From IMG/VR virus record IMGVR_UViG_3300024289_000019, positions 1-64,000 of that record: a stretch of DNA of 64,000 nt. One strand, given 5' to 3'. How positions within the stretch are numbered: position 1 is the first letter of the stretch; every line of letters starts with the position of its first letter. Below are positions 1 to 8,198 of the stretch, in pieces. This DNA is from a virus. The notes under the pieces were generated by a model. The model saw only the letters and a list, made by a program, of their open reading frames with translations, searched no databases and was not told where the DNA came from. The position numbers were made by a program, and so were the translations under genes.

Positions 1-24
1 AACTGGAGTTTGGGAGTCTCTTGA

Positions 25-576
25 ATGATATATTTTTTATATGATGTTGAAGATAGGAGCCCTTATATTAATGAGGTTGGAGAATATTCTAGTTGTTTAA
101 TTGGAGCTATTGATGAGGCTAACCTGCTATATATAAGATTACCAAAAGTTCTTATTGTTCCTAAAAACGTAGCCATGGCATGGAAATTTGCTGGAAAGTA
201 TAAAGGCTATATAAATGTTAGAGAAAAAACAAGAGTATATGATCAGATTGATCATGAATATTTGAATCCATATAAAGATAAATATCAATATTCTTTGACC
301 GAAGAAGACAAAGAAAATGCTTGTTTATTTCAAAAAGCATTTATGTGTTTCACATTAAACAAATATTATAAAAATAAAATTCGTATTTCTAACTCAACAC
401 CCGCATTTTTACGAGATGAAAATTGGTCTTCAGAACACGTACTTTTAGAAAAGAAAAAAATAGTAGAGTCTGAGATAAATGCTTGCCAAAATTGGATAGA
501 AACTGGTATACTATTAGATAAGAAATTTGGAGTTCAATATGACCCAAATATTGCATCACAAACTATCAATCTTTAA
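25..576 (+). CDS. hypothetical protein, first complete gene of the U32/methyltransferase operon
   Basis: 183-aa ORF; the ATGA at 25-28 overlaps the stop of a probable upstream gene; ends 5 nt before the next gene. Confidence 0.7.
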   Translation: MIYFLYDVEDRSPYINEVGEYSSCLIGAIDEANLLYIRLPKVLIVPKNVAMAWKFAGKYKGYINVREKTRVYDQIDHEYLNPYKDKYQYSLTEEDKENACLFQKAFMCFTLNKYYKNKIRISNSTPAFLRDENWSSEHVLLEKKKIVESEINACQNWIETGILLDKKFGVQYDPNIASQTINL

Positions 577-581
577 GGAAA

Positions 582-2225
582 ATGTTTAGCGTACCTTTAA
601 ATCCAAAATTAAATGAAAATCAACTTAATGATTTTATAAATTTTTTAAAAGATTATAAACCATATATTTATGATTTTTATTTTACATGTAGGATCCCGCC
701 ATTTAATCAAGATGCTATGGGGGATGTTTTTTCTGCTGGGCCAGAAGACCATCAATACCTTATTGATTTAGCATTATATATTCAATCTGAGTTAGGAATT
801 ACTGCTTCTGCAGTTTTTAACAATATCGAGGTCAGGCCAAGTCAAGAAAACCTAGATTTGTTTATTGAAAATTTTAAACCACTATATGAATCTGGTATTA
901 GATCTGCAACAATACCACATACTCATTGGATGGCTACAGGACAAATTAAAAAACAGTTCCCAGAACTTTTTGTAAAAAATACAATATTGAGAAATGTTTC
1001 AGAACCAAGAGACATAGAAAAGCTTGCTAAGGCTGGATTTGATTATATAAATTTAGATCGTGACTTAATGAGGGATCACGAACGTTTAAAAAGGTTTAAT
1101 AAGGCAAAGCAACAGTTTGGCATAAAACTGTCTCTATTGGCCAATGAAGGCTGTTATGGCGGTTGTATAATGATGGACGAGCATTATCAATTTAATAACA
1201 CTAGAACAGATGGACCACAATATTTTAATGACCCAATAAGTAGGGTATCTTGCCCAAAATGGGATCACGAAGATTTTGCACATTCTCTTAAAACAGCCAA
1301 TTTTCCTCCATGGAGAAAGGATTGGCAAGAGTTTTTAGATGATCTTGGAATTGATGTAATTAAAATGCATGGTAGAGAATCTCATACAAGATTAAAAGAA
1401 ACTATGGATATAATTAGAAGGTATGCCAACAATGAAGAAATTTTATTTGATAATTTTAATGATTTTATTGAAGAAACTAATTTGGTTGATAAACCAATTG
1501 CCATCTGGCGCAATAAGATCAAAAATTGTAAATTTGATTGCTGGGATTGTGGGTATTGCGACAAAATAGTTGCAGCTAAATATGGCACTCATATCAATGA
1601 GAAAGTTGCTTTGGTTGCTAAAGAAATTGTTGATTCAGTAAATAATTTAATTGAAATAGATATCCCAGGATTAACTAGTACTCGTGTTCAATCTTTAATT
1701 AATGCAATTGCAAATAAAAGTAAAAAATATTTAGAGGTTGGATCTTATCAGGGTGCAACCGCAGCGGCTGCTTTAAAAGGTAATAGCATAGAAGCGTATT
1801 TTGTAGATAATTGGTCAAATGTTCCACAATCTTTACGAACAGATTGGGACACTCCTAAAAGTAATTCATTGGAAGAATTTAAAGATAATATAAGGCCATA
1901 TATTGGAAATAATAAAATTAAAATATGCAATTCTGATATGTTTAAGGTAAATTTAACAGACATTAAAGATATTGATTTTTTCTTTTATGATGGCCCACAC
2001 GACTTGCAGAATACGCAAAATATAGTAAAATATTACTCAGAGGTTTTTGCAAAAAACACCATTATGATATTTGATGACGCAAATTGGACTCAAGTAGTTC
2101 AAGGCTCTCATAAAGGAATTATTGAGTCTGGTTTAAAAATATTATATAGCAAAAAAATATTAAATAGTTCAGAATCAGATAAAGACTGGTGGAACGGTTT
2201 ATACATATTAGTTACGGAGAAATAA
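582..2225 (+). CDS. peptidase U32-family (Fe-S hydroxylase-like) domain fused to a class I SAM methyltransferase (Methyltransf_24-like)
   Basis: LDRDLMRD, LLANEGCYGGC, SC, KMHGRE and CKFDCWDCGYC motifs (U32-like); C-terminal YLEVGSYQG, VDNW, FYDGPH, IFDD (SAM MTase). Confidence 0.75.
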   Translation: MFSVPLNPKLNENQLNDFINFLKDYKPYIYDFYFTCRIPPFNQDAMGDVFSAGPEDHQYLIDLALYIQSELGITASAVFNNIEVRPSQENLDLFIENFKPLYESGIRSATIPHTHWMATGQIKKQFPELFVKNTILRNVSEPRDIEKLAKAGFDYINLDRDLMRDHERLKRFNKAKQQFGIKLSLLANEGCYGGCIMMDEHYQFNNTRTDGPQYFNDPISRVSCPKWDHEDFAHSLKTANFPPWRKDWQEFLDDLGIDVIKMHGRESHTRLKETMDIIRRYANNEEILFDNFNDFIEETNLVDKPIAIWRNKIKNCKFDCWDCGYCDKIVAAKYGTHINEKVALVAKEIVDSVNNLIEIDIPGLTSTRVQSLINAIANKSKKYLEVGSYQGATAAAALKGNSIEAYFVDNWSNVPQSLRTDWDTPKSNSLEEFKDNIRPYIGNNKIKICNSDMFKVNLTDIKDIDFFFYDGPHDLQNTQNIVKYYSEVFAKNTIMIFDDANWTQVVQGSHKGIIESGLKILYSKKILNSSESDKDWWNGLYILVTEK

Positions 2226-3136
2226 TGCCTAGTTTAAATATTTTGTTTGAAGAGTGGTACTACATATTAATGCTTGGAACTGTAATGGTTCTTTCTTATT
2301 ATGCAAGAAAATTTGATGTCTTTCAACCACTTTATTCTTGGATTGCAAAAAAAATAAAATCAAAAAGAGCAGTAATTGCTATTACATCAGCCGTTTCTGG
2401 AGTGTTGCCAATTAATGGCAGAGTTGTTATTTCAGCTGGAATCTTAAATACAATGGCTCCACAAGATGAGCGTAGAAAAAAATATGGCGTCATAGACTAC
2501 TTGGCAACACATCACTTTTATTTTTGGTCTCCATTAGAAAAGACTGTATTGCTTCCGATGGCGGCATTAAATATTTCTTATGCTTCTTTTATAGGATCGG
2601 TATGGCCGCTGCTTGCAACTTTAGTAGTTTGTATTCTTTATTATATTTTTGGGGTTTTAAAAGAGTCTGATGTAGATATTGTTATTAGGAGTAAGAGAGA
2701 AAAACAATTATTAAACACAAAAAATATAATCAAGGATAATATATTTACATTATTTATAGTCACAGCCATCCTTGCTTTGGGCAACTTTGTGTCATACCAC
2801 AAAGACTATTTTTCAAAAATTGTAGATTCGGCTCACGATTCAGAGATGCTAGTATTAGTCTTACTTGGATCCTTTATCCTATCTTTTATCCTAGGAAGTA
2901 GTGGAAAATTTGCTGGAGTTCTAGCCGTATCCCTACCAATTTTTGGAGCCACCTACCTACCCATACTGTTTGCAGCAAATTGGGCTGGCTACATATTGTC
3001 TCCAATGCATAAATGCATGATAATTGGAAAGAGGATGTTTGGGTCTTCCTTTAAAGAATACTATAGGGTCCTATCAGCAGTAGTCCTATTTGTCTTTTTG
3101 GTATCGATAGTTCAGACTTATACCACAGGGCTTTAA
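2225..3136 (+). CDS. multi-pass membrane protein, DUF401-like putative transporter
   Basis: many hydrophobic helices; GVLPING, HHFYFWSPLE and GYILSPMHKC motifs; start chosen at the TAATG overlap with the previous stop. Confidence 0.6.
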   Translation: MPSLNILFEEWYYILMLGTVMVLSYYARKFDVFQPLYSWIAKKIKSKRAVIAITSAVSGVLPINGRVVISAGILNTMAPQDERRKKYGVIDYLATHHFYFWSPLEKTVLLPMAALNISYASFIGSVWPLLATLVVCILYYIFGVLKESDVDIVIRSKREKQLLNTKNIIKDNIFTLFIVTAILALGNFVSYHKDYFSKIVDSAHDSEMLVLVLLGSFILSFILGSSGKFAGVLAVSLPIFGATYLPILFAANWAGYILSPMHKCMIIGKRMFGSSFKEYYRVLSAVVLFVFLVSIVQTYTTGL

Positions 3137-3140
3137 ACGC

Positions 3141-3179
3141 TTATATTCCAGTGGCTTCTAGAAGGTCGCTGGGGTATAA
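3141..3179 (+). terminator. long G-U-rich RNA hairpin closing the U32 operon
   Basis: TTATATTCCAGTGGCTT...AAGGTCGCTGGGGTATAA inverted repeat directly after the stop codon. Confidence 0.5.
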
Positions 3180-3225
3180 TTAAGAATGTTATAGGGAAAA
3201 GCGGACCTTAACAAAAATGCATTCA

Positions 3226-3234
3226 TGCTATAAT
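3226..3234 (+). promoter_or_regulatory. sigma70-type extended -10 promoter
   Basis: TGCTATAAT upstream of an AGGAG RBS and the ATG at 3251. Confidence 0.6.
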
Positions 3235-3250
3235 TTATACAGGAGAAAAT

Positions 3251-3583
3251 ATGCCTAGTTATGACAGTTTATCAAGTCAGATCACTACTTTTAAAGCTAA
3301 AGTAGATGCTCTGAGCAGCAGCACTCTAACTGCACAAGACCTAGTATTCCTTGCAAAAGCACTGGAGTCAATGGGCAATCTATTGGGAGTTAACGATATT
3401 GTTGCTGCAACTTCTAACAGCATCAATAGTATCCAAACTGCAGGAAGCGGACAAGTAACAACAGTTCAAACTGCAGGAGCAACACAAATTGCTGCTGTTA
3501 ATACAGCAGGAACACAAAACATTGCTAACCTTGCAGGTCAAATTAGCAATTATACTTTATATACAAACATGGGAGTGATTTAA
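3251..3583 (+). CDS. putative virion accessory protein
   Basis: 110 aa, strong RBS, repeated (Q/N)TAG heptad-like units. Confidence 0.6.
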   Translation: MPSYDSLSSQITTFKAKVDALSSSTLTAQDLVFLAKALESMGNLLGVNDIVAATSNSINSIQTAGSGQVTTVQTAGATQIAAVNTAGTQNIANLAGQISNYTLYTNMGVI

Positions 3584-3584
3584 T

Positions 3585-3902
3585 ATGCCAACAGTAAGCT
3601 TGCCAGCTCGATTTGCAGCAGGAACAGCAACTACATCTGAAGTTACAATATTAACAGTTCCTGGTGGAGAATCAGACATTATTACATCTGTTACATTTGA
3701 TAACATTACAGATGCAGCTAATCAGGTTACTTTAAAGATGGCAGGAGTCAACTTTGCAAAGAACCTTGATCTCGCACCAAGATCATTAGTAGTTTTAGAT
3801 TTTAAACAAGTTTTAAACACGGCAGAAACAATTACAGTTCAGGCATCAGTTAACAATGGTGTCACATACTTTGTTTCTGGCGTAAAAGTAATCAATACAT
3901 AA
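3585..3902 (+). CDS. small beta-rich virion accessory protein (paralog of 7823-8182)
   Basis: 105 aa; PARF...VLDFKQVL...FVSGVKV resembles PQRF...TIDLNQVV...IISGVEI. Confidence 0.6.
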   Translation: MPTVSLPARFAAGTATTSEVTILTVPGGESDIITSVTFDNITDAANQVTLKMAGVNFAKNLDLAPRSLVVLDFKQVLNTAETITVQASVNNGVTYFVSGVKVINT

Positions 3903-3918
3903 TTAGGAGATTTAAAAA

Positions 3919-4887
3919 ATGGCTGTAGCAAATTCAACTACACAAATTATAATGCCAGGACTAGATGCGTCTATTCAGTCAAATCTAAATACAGCATTAA
4001 ATACAAACACAACGTTGCAGAATGTTTTAGCATCAGTTGGAAATATTCCACTGAAAGTTGTTAAGCCTGTTACAGTCAAATTAACTTCAACACAGTATTG
4101 GACTCGTCCAGCTAATACACTGTCTTCAGTAGAGGTTACAATTGTTGGCGGCGGCGGAGGCGGCGGGGGATCTCATGGTTCTCACCATGGTGGCGGCGGT
4201 GGTGGTGGAGGACAGGTTATTCGTCGTCACGTAGATATTGCATCTGTTGCAGTAGGACAATCTGTTCTTGTTACAATTGGAACTGGTGGTTCAAGAGTTT
4301 GTGGAAGCACAAATACAAATGGCGGTAGCGGTGGTAATACTACATTTGGTTCATTCTTAACTGCATTTGGCGGCGGCGGAGGCGGCGCTTATGGACAGCA
4401 TGCACCACAATCTCCTGGAGGTTCAACTGGTGGCGGCGGTGGAAGAAACGCACACTCTGCAGGAGGCGGTGGCGGTGGCGCAGGTGGCGCAGGCGGAGGA
4501 GCTTGGGGACAAAATCAAGAACATAGCTGGAGAATGTATGCTGGACACGGTTCACATACACCAACAACAGATGAAGGATCTTCTTCTGGAGGACATGGAA
4601 TGGCTGGACAAAATTCAAGTTCACAGTCTACAACAGGTGGAACTGGCGGATTAGGTTTGTATGGCCTTGGCGGTGGCGGTGGCGGTTCAGGTCGTCACGC
4701 AATGGGCAACGGATCAAACGGTGGTGGCGCAGGTGGCGCAGGAAATGGAAGTCCGTATGGAACTGCTGGACAGCCTGGACAAAATGGTTCTGGCGGTGGC
4801 GGTGGCGGTGCAGATAATGGAGACTGCTCAGGACTTGGTGGAGACGGAGCATGTATTATTACTTATTGGTTAAAGGAGAATGCATAA
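3919..4887 (+). CDS. glycine-rich (polyglycine) fibre/adhesin-like protein A
   Basis: WTRP..VEVTIVGGGGGGG...GDGACIITYW architecture typical of phage Gly-rich domains. Confidence 0.7.
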   Translation: MAVANSTTQIIMPGLDASIQSNLNTALNTNTTLQNVLASVGNIPLKVVKPVTVKLTSTQYWTRPANTLSSVEVTIVGGGGGGGGSHGSHHGGGGGGGGQVIRRHVDIASVAVGQSVLVTIGTGGSRVCGSTNTNGGSGGNTTFGSFLTAFGGGGGGAYGQHAPQSPGGSTGGGGGRNAHSAGGGGGGAGGAGGGAWGQNQEHSWRMYAGHGSHTPTTDEGSSSGGHGMAGQNSSSQSTTGGTGGLGLYGLGGGGGGSGRHAMGNGSNGGGAGGAGNGSPYGTAGQPGQNGSGGGGGGADNGDCSGLGGDGACIITYWLKENA

Positions 4888-5249
4888 TGAGTGAACGCAG
4901 AAATATGGCGTTAGTAAAAGAAGGCACAGTTATAAATACTATTGTTTTTCCAGAAAAAGGAGAACTTTATGACAGCCTTTTGGTAGATGTAAAAGCACAA
5001 TTTTCAGACTGCGACTTAATTGATGCAACTGATTGGGTAGATGAATCACATCCATATGATGTTGTTTCTCCAGGATTTTCATGGGATGGAGAAAAATTTA
5101 TCGCTCCAGCTCCAGGAGTAGATACAGTAACAGAAGAAAGCTTAGAAGAAGCAAAATTAATGATGGAAGCAGATATCGCACGTAGGGCAGAAGAGGCAGC
5201 TAATGATCCTGCTGTAACTCCTGCACCAAAAACAGGAGGAAATGAATAA
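4887..5249 (+). CDS. tail fibre-associated chaperone-like protein
   Basis: ALVKEGTVINTIV...PGFSWDGEKFIAP motif common in genes following Gly-rich fibre genes; TAATG coupling. Confidence 0.55.
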   Translation: MSERRNMALVKEGTVINTIVFPEKGELYDSLLVDVKAQFSDCDLIDATDWVDESHPYDVVSPGFSWDGEKFIAPAPGVDTVTEESLEEAKLMMEADIARRAEEAANDPAVTPAPKTGGNE

Positions 5250-5686
5250 TGCCGATTACATCAATTCCAGAAGCAGTTAGCCCTGCACTTTGGACATACA
5301 CATACTTACAGGCACCAATAAATGGACAAGGTTATACATATTTTAACATTCCTGTTGAATTTATTAATCTTGGAACAATTGCTGCTGGAGGAACTGCAAC
5401 ATGCAATATTGCCGAAGATGGAGTTTTTAGAATGCAAGCAAGCGGTAACATGACAGTAGCATTCACAAACATTCCTACTACAGGTAAAGCAGCATTTTGG
5501 CAGGTAGAAATTAAAGCTGGTGGCTCTTACACAGTTACTTGGCCAGCAGCAGTTAAATGGGATGGCGGTGGAGCTTCTAACGTAGCACCATTGCTTTCAA
5601 CCAATACAACAGTATTGAATTTTTTCACAAGAGACGGCGGTACCACAATTTATGGTGCGTACGCTTTTGCCGATCTTAACGTATAG
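5249..5686 (+). CDS. virion fibre-associated protein
   Basis: VTWPAAVKWDGG..P.L....VLNFFTRDGGTTIYG motif seen in phage fibre domains. Confidence 0.6.
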   Translation: MPITSIPEAVSPALWTYTYLQAPINGQGYTYFNIPVEFINLGTIAAGGTATCNIAEDGVFRMQASGNMTVAFTNIPTTGKAAFWQVEIKAGGSYTVTWPAAVKWDGGGASNVAPLLSTNTTVLNFFTRDGGTTIYGAYAFADLNV

Positions 5687-5699
5687 GAGATAAATAAAA

Positions 5700-6680
5700 A
5701 TGGCTGTAAATTCCACCACAAAGTTACAAGTACTACCAGGACTAGATAGCACAATGCAATCAAATATGCAGATTGCTTTAAACTCAAATTCAACTTTAGC
5801 ATCTGTAATTTCTGCTACTGGTGGAGTTCAAACAAAGCTTTTAAAGCCAGTAACGGTTAAATTTAATTCAACTGGTAACTGGACACGTCCAGCAAACACA
5901 ATGTCTTCAGTAGAAGTAATTTTGGTCGGTGGCGGCGGAGGCGGCGGAGGTTGCCATTCATCTGGTCACGCTGGCGGTGGCGGTGGTGGTGGACAAGTTA
6001 TTAGAAGATTCGTAGATATTTCTTCGGTAGCAGTTGGTTCAAATATTCTTGTTACAATTGGTAACGGTGGTTCAAGAGTTTCTGGTAACAATAATACAAA
6101 TGGTGGAGACGGAGGACAATCAACCTTTGGTTCATTCTTGACTGCAGGCGGAGGCGGCGGAGGCGGCGCTTATGGACAGACTGGAAGACAAGGTAGCGGT
6201 GGATCTTCTGGCGGTGGCGGTGGCCAAGCTTCACACTCTGCTGGTGGCGGTGGCGGTGGCGCAGGTGGCGGAGGATTGCATGGTCGTTGCATGATGATGC
6301 ACCACTCTTGGTACACTTATGGTGGGCAGGGCTCACATAACGTTTCTGGACTTAATGGAGGAGAAGGAGCTTCTATGGGAGGTTCTGGAGAGTATAAGGC
6401 CTCGTCATCAGATCAGAATTGTTGCGGTGGAAATGGCGGACCTGGACTATATGGATTTGGCGGCGGCGGCGGAGGCGGCGGAGATTGGGGTATGGGAGCA
6501 GGTTCAAATGGCGGTGGAAATGGTGGCTCAAGAACTTCGTATAGCCCATATGGAACTGCTGGAGCATCTGGTATAGATGGAACTGGCGGCGGCGGCGGAG
6601 GTTGCCAAGAAGGAAACAGTTCTGGCTTAGGTGGCGCAGGGACCTGTTTAATTACTTACTACGTAAAAGAGAGCGCTTAA
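5700..6680 (+). CDS. glycine-rich (polyglycine) fibre/adhesin-like protein B, paralog of 3919-4887
   Basis: colinear similarity to protein A (KPVTVK..S...WTRPANT.SSVEV). Confidence 0.7.
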   Translation: MAVNSTTKLQVLPGLDSTMQSNMQIALNSNSTLASVISATGGVQTKLLKPVTVKFNSTGNWTRPANTMSSVEVILVGGGGGGGGCHSSGHAGGGGGGGQVIRRFVDISSVAVGSNILVTIGNGGSRVSGNNNTNGGDGGQSTFGSFLTAGGGGGGGAYGQTGRQGSGGSSGGGGGQASHSAGGGGGGAGGGGLHGRCMMMHHSWYTYGGQGSHNVSGLNGGEGASMGGSGEYKASSSDQNCCGGNGGPGLYGFGGGGGGGGDWGMGAGSNGGGNGGSRTSYSPYGTAGASGIDGTGGGGGGCQEGNSSGLGGAGTCLITYYVKESA

Positions 6681-6681
6681 T

Positions 6682-7086
6682 ATGTACGCCGTAATTGAAG
6701 ACAATAAGATTGTCGCATACGGCACAGCAGAGCAAATTCTAAATGTGTCTGTTGGCGAACAAGGTTTAAAATCTGTAATTAAAGAAAATAATCTTATTGA
6801 AGTTGTAACAAAAATAGATTATGACTCTGACACAGAAAAATTAATTTCAGTAGAACCTTATATTGAAGGCAAAAAAGTATATTCTGTTAAAAAAGAAAAG
6901 CTTAGTAAAGAAGAAATTAAGTCTAACATAGATGCACACGTAGATTTTGAACTAATGTCTGTTTCTGGAAGAACTGATAAAGCGGCAAAAGATTACATTA
7001 AAGCTTTGGAAAAAATTAAAGATTCGGCAGATTTGATTTCAAAAATTGAATGGCCAGAAAAACCAGCAGAGGAATCATCTAAATAA
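6682..7086 (+). CDS. fibre assembly chaperone-like protein
   Basis: MYAVIEDNKIV start and YIKAL..I......IEWPEKP C-terminus, reminiscent of tail fibre assembly proteins. Confidence 0.5.
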   Translation: MYAVIEDNKIVAYGTAEQILNVSVGEQGLKSVIKENNLIEVVTKIDYDSDTEKLISVEPYIEGKKVYSVKKEKLSKEEIKSNIDAHVDFELMSVSGRTDKAAKDYIKALEKIKDSADLISKIEWPEKPAEESSK

Positions 7087-7814
7087 TGTTTGTTAATCAT
7101 CGTTCTATATTTAGAAGAAATCGTTTTACACAAAATGGACTACAACTTTGGGTAGACGCAGCCTTACCTGGAACAGTAACAAGAGATGGAAATAATAAAG
7201 TTTCTTTATGGAAAGACAAAACAATTAATGGAAGAAATTTTGTTCAAAATACAGCAGCGCAACAACCAACATTTTTACCTACAGGAATTAATGGTTTAGG
7301 TGCTGTATACTTTGACGGAACAGCATTTAATATGCCATTTTCAGATCAAACTCTTGGTTATATATCTGGATCATCTTTTACAATAGCATACGTTGCTACA
7401 AAAACTGCTGGATCAGCAAACCAATATGTAATTGGTGGTCAAGGAACAGGAACTAGAAATAATCTAATACTTGGATATGTTTCTTCTAACACATATAAAT
7501 TTGGTCTTGGAAATGATGACCAAAATGCAATTGTCAATGTAGTAAATGCTGGTGTTCCAGAGCTTTATTTAGTAACATTTGATTCTTCAACATTTGAAAG
7601 AAGAATTAGAAGAAATACCGCAGACGAAGGACTTGGAGCATCTTCTGGATTAATTTCTGGAATGTCTGGACAGTCCCTTGGAAAATATTTGTCCTCATTT
7701 GGAAACTTTGCAATAGGAGAACTTTTAATTTATAACAGAGTTTTGACTGCATCTGAAATTAATAGCGTTGAACGTGATTTAATGTCAAAGTGGTCAATTA
7801 CTTACGGTAGCTAG
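7086..7814 (+). CDS. LamG/concanavalin-like domain virion protein
   Basis: LQLWVDAA...VSLWKDK...IGELLIYNRVLTASEINSVERDLMSKW. Confidence 0.7.
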   Translation: MFVNHRSIFRRNRFTQNGLQLWVDAALPGTVTRDGNNKVSLWKDKTINGRNFVQNTAAQQPTFLPTGINGLGAVYFDGTAFNMPFSDQTLGYISGSSFTIAYVATKTAGSANQYVIGGQGTGTRNNLILGYVSSNTYKFGLGNDDQNAIVNVVNAGVPELYLVTFDSSTFERRIRRNTADEGLGASSGLISGMSGQSLGKYLSSFGNFAIGELLIYNRVLTASEINSVERDLMSKWSITYGS

Positions 7815-7822
7815 GAGACATA

Positions 7823-8182
7823 ATGCCAATAACATATGAATATTATGCCCCACAAAGATTTGGAAACCCAACAACTCTAACTACAACACCACAAAATATT
7901 TATACATTTGATCAAAAATCAATAATGAAACAGTTATTGGTTGCTAATATTTTTAATGGACTTCTAACTTTCTCTATGTATCTTGTTCCCTCTGGACAAG
8001 TTCTTAAAGAACAATATAAAATTTTTGGAGATGTTCAGGTAGACGCAAACACAGTGTTAACTATTGATCTAAACCAGGTTGTATATCCTGGAGAAGCTAT
8101 TTATGCTCACGCTAATGTGGCAAACGGACTTAACTTTATTATCTCTGGAGTAGAAATATTCAATCCTGTTGAGACGGCATAG
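7823..8182 (+). CDS. small virion accessory protein (paralog of 3585-3902)
   Basis: 119 aa with shared motifs; AGGAG RBS. Confidence 0.6.
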   Translation: MPITYEYYAPQRFGNPTTLTTTPQNIYTFDQKSIMKQLLVANIFNGLLTFSMYLVPSGQVLKEQYKIFGDVQVDANTVLTIDLNQVVYPGEAIYAHANVANGLNFIISGVEIFNPVETA

Positions 8183-8198
8183 TTTAAGGTGATATGCA

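Noticed and set aside
3119-3130. 12-bp match TATACCACAGGG shared with 63616-63627
   Set aside because: Too short to call a terminal repeat or att site; one copy is coding; plausible by chance
4340-6576. His/Arg-rich minus-strand and alternate-frame ORFs over the Gly-rich genes
   Set aside because: Shadow frames produced by GGY codon runs; no RBS
3919-6680. Possible DGR template/variable repeat pair between the two Gly-rich genes
   Set aside because: Differences are not adenine-specific, both copies are full genes, and no reverse transcriptase is in the window
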